Of a stretch of 64,000 nucleotides of DNA, positions 36,919 to 43,929 are shown one piece after another. How positions within the stretch are numbered: the stretch's first letter is position 1; the number at the start of each line of letters is the position of its first letter. The notes under the pieces were generated by a model. The model did not search any database. It was not told where the DNA came from and saw only the letters and a program-made list of their open reading frames with translations. The stretch lies in NCBI RefSeq assembly GCF_053078305.1, contig NZ_CP166879.1; one strand, written 5' to 3'. A program made the translations under genes and the position numbers.

Positions 36919-37218
36919 ATGAAACTTAAATATCCTGGCTTAACTGCCAGTGGCAACACTCACCCTAAATTTACGCGCGGTGATATTTACCGCGACCAGT
37001 ACGGCGGCACGGTAATGATTAAGGGCGTGGCGGGACGGTGCGTAACTTACCGCCGTGAAGGCTACGAATATGATTGCGTGATGCCTGTTTATCAGTTCCG
37101 GCGTGATTTTTCTCTGGTACAGACCGCGCCGCATAACGTGCCCACCAGCAACGCCAGGGCACGGGCAAACATCCAGAAGCTGAAAACCATGATTAACGGA
37201 TTCAGGGGTAAAAAATGA
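36919..37218 (+). CDS. Hypothetical protein
   Basis: 99-aa coupled ORF. Confidence 0.4.
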   Translation: MKLKYPGLTASGNTHPKFTRGDIYRDQYGGTVMIKGVAGRCVTYRREGYEYDCVMPVYQFRRDFSLVQTAPHNVPTSNARARANIQKLKTMINGFRGKK

Positions 37219-38624
37219 AACTGGCACCGAACGTAAAACGATTACCGAAAGATAAATACACCGAAGCGGTTATTTTTGCGGGTATTGATGCTCACTCATT
37301 CGCAGAGCATTACATCATTGCACAGGCCAAAAAAGCAGGCGATCCAGTCCCTCCCGTTTATCTGGGGCGTTATCAGTTAAGCGAACTGGATAACCTCCAG
37401 ATTGTTGATGATGGGCGATACAGGGCGACGGTGATACGCGCCGGAAATATTGAAGAGCCGCAGCTGTTAACCATCGCCACGAAACTGGCGAGCGCCGGAG
37501 TCCAGGAGGCGCGGCTACTTTCTGAAAATTTCGAATTGCTGGAGGAATGGAGCGACCAGCTTCCACGGCTTAGGGAGGCATGGGAACGCGGGGAAAGCCT
37601 GGTCATGAAAAAAATTCCCCAGCGAAAAACCACGCTACCGATGAGCGTTGGATCTACCGGATACGACACACAGCTTGATTACGTGGTAAAGGGGATTATT
37701 CCGGCATCGTCGCTTTGCAGCATATACGGGGCGAGCGGTTCCTATAAATCATTCCTTGCCGGATCGTGGGCGTGTCACGTTTCCACGGGCCGCCAGTGGG
37801 GAGGCCGCAGGGTGGCGCATGGCGCTGTTCTCTATGTGGTTGGTGAAGGCGGTATCGGCGTTCCGCGTCGTGTAAAAGCCTGGGAGGTTGTGCACGGTGA
37901 GCAGGTGAAAAATCTGTATCTGGTAAACCGTCCCATCTTTCCGGCTGTCCCGCTTGATGTTGATGAACTGGTTATTGCTGCCAGTCAGGTGGAGAGGGAA
38001 ACGGGTAAACCTGTTCGCATGATTATTCTGGACACGCTGGCGCGTTGCTTTGGCGGCAATGATGAAAATGACTCCCGCGACATGGGGGCATTTATCCGTG
38101 GTTGTGACGAGCTTAAACGGCGCACAGGGGCTACGGTGCTGGTGGTTCACCATTCCGGCAAGGATGAAACAAAGGGGGCGCGTGGTTCCAGTGCATTTCG
38201 TGCATCACTGGACGCTGAATACCGGATACGCAGGGAGGACGCAGGAAGCGAAGCGCTGGTTATCTCATGCACCAAAATGAAGGACGCGGAGGAACTCAAA
38301 GAGGCTGCCTATGATTTGCGGGTGGTGGAGCTTTTTACCGACGCTGACGGGGAGTTAATTACGTCGCTGGTGGTGGTGGATAAGCCGCGCCCTCCCGTTG
38401 AACTGGAGCGCATCGAGGAGGCAGGCAACAAGACGGAAAACCATACCGCGCTATGGGGGTGCATCCGTTCACGCACACAGAACGGCGACAAGTGCACGAT
38501 CCCGCTGTTACGTGACGATATGAAAAAGCTGGGGTATGACACAAAACACCTTAAACGATGGTTAGCCAAACTGGAAAAAGACGACGTGATCTACATTGAC
38601 GGTGATGATGTAGGACCACTGTAA
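37215..38624 (+). CDS. Replication protein with RepA/AAA_25-type RecA-fold ATPase domain
   Basis: Walker A-like YGASGSYKSF, MIILDTLARCFGG..ENDSRDM and LVVHHSGKDETKGARGSSA motifs typical of RepA-like helicases. Iterons follow. Confidence 0.65.
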   Translation: MKLAPNVKRLPKDKYTEAVIFAGIDAHSFAEHYIIAQAKKAGDPVPPVYLGRYQLSELDNLQIVDDGRYRATVIRAGNIEEPQLLTIATKLASAGVQEARLLSENFELLEEWSDQLPRLREAWERGESLVMKKIPQRKTTLPMSVGSTGYDTQLDYVVKGIIPASSLCSIYGASGSYKSFLAGSWACHVSTGRQWGGRRVAHGAVLYVVGEGGIGVPRRVKAWEVVHGEQVKNLYLVNRPIFPAVPLDVDELVIAASQVERETGKPVRMIILDTLARCFGGNDENDSRDMGAFIRGCDELKRRTGATVLVVHHSGKDETKGARGSSAFRASLDAEYRIRREDAGSEALVISCTKMKDAEELKEAAYDLRVVELFTDADGELITSLVVVDKPRPPVELERIEEAGNKTENHTALWGCIRSRTQNGDKCTIPLLRDDMKKLGYDTKHLKRWLAKLEKDDVIYIDGDDVGPL

Positions 38625-38825
38625 AAAGTGGGCATTAAAAGTGGGAAAGGTGGGCGATTTAACGTAATTTTAACAAAATCACCCACTTTCCCACGTGTAT
38701 ATATCCCAAAAAGTGGGCACTAAAAAAATACCTATGAAACAAGATGATATAAATCCCAAACTTCCCACGTTGGACGAAGTGGGAAAACGTAAAAAGTGGG
38801 CGAAAAAAGTGGGTAGAGGTGGGCG
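38620..38825. repeat. Island ori candidate: AAAGTGGG iterons
   Basis: At least 8 direct (A/G)GTGGG copies (38627, 38640, 38649, 38712, 38778, 38795, 38808, 38818). Inverted copies at 38682-94 and 38764. Located directly 3' of rep. Confidence 0.6.
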
Positions 38826-38826
38826 A

Positions 38827-39078
38827 ATGACTCAAAAACACAGAGACAGAACAGAGCCAAAATATAAAGCGTTAGACATGACAGAGCACGCTTTAAAGGT
38901 GGCAATCAGGGTAATAGACCGCCACACGCGGGAAGGATACGCGAAGGAACATCCCGACCTGATAAGCGCATTCATGACCACAGCGGCGGCAAACTTTGCC
39001 ACGCTGACAGAACGGGAGATAGCCGAAGCGGAACAGGTAACAACCATCAACGTTAAAACCGGAGAGGTGGAATCATGA
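38827..39078 (+). CDS. Hypothetical protein
   Basis: 83 aa from the ATG at 38827. Longer starts (38695 GTG) would read through the iterons. Confidence 0.35.
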   Translation: MTQKHRDRTEPKYKALDMTEHALKVAIRVIDRHTREGYAKEHPDLISAFMTTAAANFATLTEREIAEAEQVTTINVKTGEVES

Positions 39079-39485
39079 CAGCACAGATAGCCGCTTACGG
39101 GCGGCTGGTGGACGACCCGCAGGTAAAACAAACCAGCAAGGGCACACCGATGACGCTGGCGCGTATGGCGGTATCTCTGCCATGCAGCCAGGCACAGGAC
39201 GGGCAGGCTACGTTATGGCTATCAGTGATGGCATTTGGTAAGCAGGCCGACTTCCTGGCTAAACATCAAAAAGGCGATGTTGCCAGCGTATCCGGCACGA
39301 TGCAGGTAAGCCAGTGGACCAGACAGAACGGGGAAACGCGGCAGGGTTATCAGGTTATTGCAGACAGTGTAATCAGTGCCCGTGCTGCCCGTCCTGGCGG
39401 GAGCAGACGTACAACCACAGGCACACAGGGTAATCAGCCACCAGCGGGAGGCGATGACCCTTACGGTGACGGTATTCCGTTCTGA
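39075..39485 (+). CDS. ssb: Single-stranded DNA-binding protein
   Basis: OB-fold N-terminus, Gly/Pro-rich linker and an acidic tail DDPYGDGIPF. Confidence 0.8.
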   Translation: MTAQIAAYGRLVDDPQVKQTSKGTPMTLARMAVSLPCSQAQDGQATLWLSVMAFGKQADFLAKHQKGDVASVSGTMQVSQWTRQNGETRQGYQVIADSVISARAARPGGSRRTTTGTQGNQPPAGGDDPYGDGIPF

Positions 39486-39495
39486 GGGGGTGACG

Positions 39496-39768
39496 ATGGT
39501 ACATGACCGCATAGCGGAGGAACTCGAGGCAAAAGGCTTTTACCGGAGGGCGGCGGCGCGATGGGGTGAAGTTATGCAGCTGGTGGAGACAGACAAGGAA
39601 CGGCATCAGGTTACGATGCGACGGCTGGAATGTTCCAGGAAGGCACAGAGGCCACCGGAGCCGCCGGATAACTTCGGAGACCTGAAAAAAGCAGTAGATC
39701 GCACTTATGCCGAAATGGGTATGGATGGTGTAAGCGATGAAATATGGCGTAATTACCCAGACAGCTAA
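39496..39768 (+). CDS. PerC-like transcriptional activator
   Basis: MVHDRIAEELEAKGFYRRAAARWGEVM.. resembles the recalled PerC-family N-terminus. Confidence 0.45.
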   Translation: MVHDRIAEELEAKGFYRRAAARWGEVMQLVETDKERHQVTMRRLECSRKAQRPPEPPDNFGDLKKAVDRTYAEMGMDGVSDEIWRNYPDS

Positions 39769-39774
39769 TCAACA

Positions 39775-39796
39775 GCCGGAGAAATCCGGCTTTTTT
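39775..39796 (+). terminator. Intrinsic terminator
   Basis: GCCGGAGAAATCCGGC plus T6, identical to the hairpin at 42049-42071. A second hairpin lies at 39810-39845. Confidence 0.65.
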
Positions 39797-40007
39797 GTAC
39801 CCAAAAAAAGCCCGATAAGTACAGGAGGCATCTTATCGGGCTTTTGCATATGAGGTTTTTTTGGTGCACTGACACACATGATCGGGGTAATCATTTCATA
39901 ATTTGCAACACAACTCAACATCATTGCACAAAATGCAATCCTGATTATAATCAGAGCTGGATGAACATCCAGTTCTGATTTTTTAAGTCAAAGAGGAATT
40001 TCTTACT

Positions 40008-40214
40008 ATGGCTGAAGAGAAAAAAGGCGGTGTTTCGGTGTACATAAGCCCCGAAATCGTGGAGGTGCTCAAGCAGCGCCACAAAAAAAACTATGAGGCT
40101 GGCGTAGCGGCTGGACTGGATCCGCTGATGACGCCGGAGCCGTCGATAGGTTCACTTGTGCGCTCTTATTTACTTGCGGCGCTTGGGATGCATAAAAATT
40201 ATGGTGGTGAATAA
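40008..40214 (+). CDS. Hypothetical small protein, first gene of the island head operon
   Basis: 68 aa, RBS AAGAGGA. Stop overlaps the capsid-gene start. Confidence 0.4.
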   Translation: MAEEKKGGVSVYISPEIVEVLKQRHKKNYEAGVAAGLDPLMTPEPSIGSLVRSYLLAALGMHKNYGGE

Positions 40215-41269
40215 TGACAGTAAAAGCAATGGCACTTACAACTAACCAGCTTTTCGCGTACCTGAATCGCGGGGATATTGCAGAATTTAAATTCAGTCCG
40301 CTGTTTACCACGCTGTTTTTCCCGAACGTGGCGACCTTCAACACCCAGAACATCATGCTGGACACCCTGGACATTGAAGAGGTTACGATGTCAGCGTTCT
40401 GTTCGCCTATGGTGGGTAGTCAGGTCCAGCGCGATAAAGGGTACGAAACCAGCACGATTAAACCAGGCTACATGAAACCCAAACACGAAATCGATCCAAC
40501 AAAAACCATCATGCGCATGGCTGGAGAAGATCCGGCACAGCTTAACGACCCTACCTACCGCCGTATGCGCCTGATTACTGGCAACATGCGCCGCCAGATA
40601 AACGCCATTAAAGCGCGCGTGGAATGGCTGGCGGTGAATGCGATAACGACCGGAAAAAACATCATTGAGGGCGAAGGCATAGAACGCTATGAAATCGACT
40701 GGAAAATACCGGAAAACTGCATCATAGAGCAGGCCAAGGGTAAAAAATGGTCCGAGCATGATAAAGATATTTACGATCCAATCTATGACATCGAACTATA
40801 CGCAGATCAGGCAGGTTGCCCCGCCAACGTCATGATTATGGGCGCTGAGGTATGGCGCACGTTACGCAGCTTTAAAAAATTCCGCGAACTGTACGATCTT
40901 TCCCGTGGTTCAGAATCCGCCGCAGAACTGGCCTGTAAAAACCTGGGTGAAGTAGTGAGCTTTAAAGGCTATCTGGGCGATATTGCCCTTATCGTCTATT
41001 CCGGCAAATACACTGACAGCGACGGTACCGAAAAATATTTCCTTGAGCCTGATTTGCTGGTCCTGGGTAACACCAACAATAAAGGGCTGGTGGCCTATGG
41101 TGCGATTATGGATCAGGAAGCGGTAAGAACGGGCGCAACGCAAAACATGTTCTACCCGAAAAACTGGATTGAAGACGGCGATCCGGCGATTGAGTACGTT
41201 CAGACGCACAGCGCACCGCAGCCGGTACCGGCAGATATTCGCAAATTTGTTACCGTCAAAATTGCTTAA
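40214..41269 (+). CDS. Lambda gpE-family major capsid protein paralogue (E')
   Basis: 351 aa. Shares PGY.KPKHE, GEDPAQLNDP.YRR, VVSFKGY.GD, DGTEK, YPK.W and GDPA.E blocks with helper E (46646-47674). Confidence 0.85.
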   Translation: MTVKAMALTTNQLFAYLNRGDIAEFKFSPLFTTLFFPNVATFNTQNIMLDTLDIEEVTMSAFCSPMVGSQVQRDKGYETSTIKPGYMKPKHEIDPTKTIMRMAGEDPAQLNDPTYRRMRLITGNMRRQINAIKARVEWLAVNAITTGKNIIEGEGIERYEIDWKIPENCIIEQAKGKKWSEHDKDIYDPIYDIELYADQAGCPANVMIMGAEVWRTLRSFKKFRELYDLSRGSESAAELACKNLGEVVSFKGYLGDIALIVYSGKYTDSDGTEKYFLEPDLLVLGNTNNKGLVAYGAIMDQEAVRTGATQNMFYPKNWIEDGDPAIEYVQTHSAPQPVPADIRKFVTVKIA

Positions 41270-41280
41270 CGGGGGATTCT

Positions 41281-41616
41281 ATGGACACTCCATACATTGA
41301 GTTATTTGCAGGCAGTCAGCAGGTATCCACGACGCTGGTACATTTTGCCGCTGATGCTGGCGTTATTCAGGAATTTACCCCGCTGATGCTGGCGGACAAT
41401 GGCGAGTTTAAGCCGTGGGATGGTCAGGAATCTGGCAAGGCTGTTTATCTGACCTCGTACCCCGTGGACACGTCAAAGCAGAAATCAGCACAGTGTTACA
41501 AGACGGGGATATTTAATATCGCCGCCGTAAACTGGCCTGAGAGCGCCGACACTGACGCGAAAAAATGCGCCGCCTTTGCGGGTTCTGGCGTATCCGTTCA
41601 GCCGCTGGCGCGATAA
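41281..41616 (+). CDS. Lambda gpD-family head decoration protein paralogue (D')
   Basis: 111 aa. Shares TPLML, WDGQ, YK.G.F, WPES and AF.G blocks with helper D. Confidence 0.75.
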   Translation: MDTPYIELFAGSQQVSTTLVHFAADAGVIQEFTPLMLADNGEFKPWDGQESGKAVYLTSYPVDTSKQKSAQCYKTGIFNIAAVNWPESADTDAKKCAAFAGSGVSVQPLAR

Positions 41617-41628
41617 GCAGGGGAAACG

Positions 41629-42042
41629 ATGGCAACGAATGAAAGCATCATGGCGCTACCGCTGGCGAGTAAATTTAAAGCAGAAGCGCGGGCAATGGCT
41701 GACAGAGGTTTATCAACCTACGAGGCCGTATATCAACTCAACAAACTGGAAGAGCAGGACAAGCCGCGCGCTGATGCGATTATGGCGCTTCATGAACATA
41801 ACGACTATCAGCCGCTGTTACGTGCAATGGCAAACGTGCCATGTATTAGCGTCGATAATGCTCGTGAAATCCTGAACATGACCATAGAGCAGGAGCGCCC
41901 AAAGGTTGCGCCGGAGCTTACCGCAGCCTTTGAAAACTTTATGGACATGCACAGCCCGAAAGCCGTATCACCCGGCATGGCATACGACGGCAGAAACCAG
42001 GGCGATGAAGGCGACGTCGATCGCATACTGAAAACCATCTGA
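41629..42042 (+). CDS. Nu3-like scaffolding protein (Nu3')
   Basis: The tail LTAAFENFMDMHSPKAVSPG...GDEGDVDRIL parallels the helper gpC tail TTALFEHFMANHSPAAVQGG...GDADVKML. Also IMALHE...ISVDNAREIL versus IMALDE...MTVESARAVL. Confidence 0.65.
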   Translation: MATNESIMALPLASKFKAEARAMADRGLSTYEAVYQLNKLEEQDKPRADAIMALHEHNDYQPLLRAMANVPCISVDNAREILNMTIEQERPKVAPELTAAFENFMDMHSPKAVSPGMAYDGRNQGDEGDVDRILKTI

Positions 42043-42048
42043 CATAAG

Positions 42049-42071
42049 GCCGGAGAAATCCGGCTTTTTTT
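42049..42071 (+). terminator. Intrinsic terminator abutting the island cos
   Basis: GCCGGAGAAATCCGGC plus T7. Confidence 0.65.
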
Positions 42072-42073
42072 AC

Positions 42074-42140
42074 GGGTCCTTTCCGGCATATGGACCCGTT
42101 ACGGGGCGGCGACCTCGCGGTTTTTCGCTATTTATGAGCT
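42074..42140 (+). promoter_or_regulatory. Island cos site 2 (same orientation as helper cos)
   Basis: 42074-42120 is identical to helper 28457-28503, including GGGCGGCGACCT (42104-42115). The downstream cosB-equivalent is different. Confidence 0.85.
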
Positions 42141-42248
42141 TTTTTCGGGTGCTGGTGGTGGTTTTGTTGTTCGCTCTATCTCTATGAATAAAAAGGGAAA
42201 GATAAAACCAATACACCAACCTGAAACATTACTTAAGTGGGGATATTG

Positions 42249-42791
42249 ATGAAATCGCACCTGATGAACAAAAAAAACATGGCGCAAAGCTGCCGTGTAA
42301 GTGCGACAGCGTTCGACAAGTGGGGAGTGACTCCCGTTGAACGTAAAGGACGCGAGGCTTTTTACGATGTTGCCAGCGTGATAGACAATCGGGTAAGCAA
42401 TGCAATTAACCAGGTTACAAACGACAAAGGCGAGATTGATGATGATGAACTCTTACGAGTCAGGATCAGATTACTGACCGCCCAGGCTGAGGCGCAGGAA
42501 CTTAAAAACGAGCGCGATCGCGGTGACGTAATTGATACTGAGTTTTGCCTGTACGCGCTTTCAAAGCTGGCGAGTCAGATTTCTTCAATCATGGACAGTT
42601 TGCCGCTTACCATGCAAAGGCGCTTCCCGCAGATTACTCCCGCTATGCTGGATGGGCTTAAAAGGGAAGTGGTTAAAGCCTGTAATGCCAGTGCCACAGT
42701 TGCCGACAACCTCCCGAAGATACTGGCTGATTACCTGATGGAAACTACCGGAGACGTACCGGAGAAGTTGCTACAGAAGAAAGGCGAGTAA
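42249..42791 (+). CDS. Nu1-family terminase small subunit paralogue (TerS')
   Basis: N-terminal MNKKNMAQSCRVSATAFDKWGV resembles lambda Nu1 (VNKKQLADIFGASIRTIQNW). The C-terminal FCLYALSKLASQISSIMDSLPLTMQRRFPQI..ILADYL parallels the helper TerS. Start 42237, 42249 or 42264. Confidence 0.8.
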   Translation: MKSHLMNKKNMAQSCRVSATAFDKWGVTPVERKGREAFYDVASVIDNRVSNAINQVTNDKGEIDDDELLRVRIRLLTAQAEAQELKNERDRGDVIDTEFCLYALSKLASQISSIMDSLPLTMQRRFPQITPAMLDGLKREVVKACNASATVADNLPKILADYLMETTGDVPEKLLQKKGE

Positions 42792-42940
42792 CAGACGCGC
42801 AATTATTGAACAAAAGTAAGGCCCGACATGAAATCACCCAAAAATGCCTTTTTCATGCGTTTGTATGTCTGACCTTTTACGGTTTCGATATTATAAAAAA
42901 CAAATAGTTACGCTCGAGAGGTACCGACACGCATTTTTCA

Positions 42941-43014
42941 GGAAAATTTTCATAAACAGATAAAAACCGCGAGGTCGCCGCCCCGTAACGGGCCATAATT
43001 CCAGGAAGGACCCG
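42941..43014 (-). promoter_or_regulatory. Island cos site 3 (inverted, diverged flanks)
   Basis: Reverse complement reads GGGTCCTTCCTGGAATTATGGCCCGTTACG-GGGCGGCGACCT-CGCGGTTTTTATCTGTTTATGAAAATTTTCC. The core lies at 42972-42983. Confidence 0.8.
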
Positions 43015-43047
43015 ACGACACCAGGCTATCAGAACGATGAGGGCACA

Positions 43048-43329
43048 ATGACAGAAGCCGAACTACTGGGATTAATCCGCTACGTTACCGGAATCAGCCA
43101 GCAGCATGACGAACAGGCCACGCAGCCGGACAGCGTGACCGCTGAAAATTATGCGCGTGTTGTTGCTGAGGTGATGCGCCGTGATGGTATCCAGCTTAAT
43201 GATGCAGATATGCGCGACATACGGATCCGCGTTCTTGAAATGCTGGCCTACCGTCGCCGCGTGCAGACGTACAGGGAAAAAGCAAAAATAACGTACCAGT
43301 GGAAGAAGCCGGAGCGATTACGGCGGTAA
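43048..43329 (+). CDS. Hypothetical protein
   Basis: 93-aa ORF, last gene before the right arm. Confidence 0.4.
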   Translation: MTEAELLGLIRYVTGISQQHDEQATQPDSVTAENYARVVAEVMRRDGIQLNDADMRDIRIRVLEMLAYRRRVQTYREKAKITYQWKKPERLRR

Positions 43330-43441
43330 CTTGCTGATATTCCCGATAACGCAAAATTGCGCTCTGTCCTAACCCGTTGATATTTTCGGGAACAGCCAAC
43401 GGCTGAGGCCGGAACAACGATTATCTTTCAGATAGTCAGAG

Positions 43442-43458
43442 CTACGAAATTTTCGTAG
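43442..43458. repeat. Palindrome CTACGAAA-T-TTTCGTAG
   Basis: Perfect 8+1+8 inverted repeat of the half site that is repeated at 34771-34800. Confidence 0.6.
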
Positions 43459-43724
43459 TTTAATTACTCGCCAGTTTATCGTTAACTCGTTGATATTTTC
43501 GGTAACCTCAATTTGAGGAGATCGGAAACATAACCCTTCACATTCTGAATGGTTATAATGACCACTCAGACCATCAAGGCAACCATAACGAACATCGTTA
43601 CGGTTGGAGCTTTTACCCCACTGGGGGGAAGGTGCACATCTGGATCATCATTACCGTGATCAAGGGTATGTAAAACCCACCAGCCTGATTAACTGTTAAC
43701 CGGAAAAAAGCCAGGTAGCCAATC

Positions 43725-43748
43725 TCGATATGGGGATCCCCATATCGA
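43725..43748. repeat. 24-bp perfect palindrome TCGATATGGGGATCCCCATATCGA
   Basis: Read directly from the sequence, in the ORF-free right arm. Confidence 0.6.
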
Positions 43749-43834
43749 CATTAACGCCCCCTAGAACTGCGCATATCTGCATATAAAAACATCCACCAGC
43801 TTTATGACGGATGCCGCTCATCTGATAAATAATC

Positions 43835-43857
43835 GTGTATTGCAATGTGTATTGCGA
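43835..43857. repeat. GTGTATTGCAA repeats (right arm)
   Basis: GTGTATTGCAA at 43835-45 and GTGTATTGCGA at 43847-57. Confidence 0.5.
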
Positions 43858-43929
43858 CTCCTTTAAACGATAGGTTTGAGCATTCGTAATGTACTGTTTT
43901 TAAATTTTATTTTTTCCTGTCTTTTCATA

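Noticed and set aside
38620-38825. Short-repeat fields (here, 9318-9470 and 34771-34800) as CRISPR arrays
   Set aside because: The repeats are 6-12 bp without unique spacers of regular length and no cas genes are present. They fit replication iterons or operator sites.
38695-38826. Longer start for the ORF after rep (127 aa)
   Set aside because: The extension is made up of translated AAAGTGGG iterons (KVG, KWAKKVGRGG), so the ATG at 38827 is preferred.
40214-42791. Second set of head genes as a tandem second prophage or simple duplication
   Set aside because: The set is incomplete and in permuted order. It is bounded by int/alpA and an 8-bp direct repeat, and removing it restores the portal frame, so an inserted island explains it better.
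43725-43748. GGATCC-centred perfect palindrome as a cloning artefact
   Set aside because: No vector-like sequence surrounds it and it sits among other native-looking symmetric sites. It is kept as a genuine feature of unknown role.
43876-43929. TTG-initiated N-terminal extension of the portal 3' fragment ORF
   Set aside because: These 18 codons are island arm DNA read by chance. Portal homology starts at 43930.
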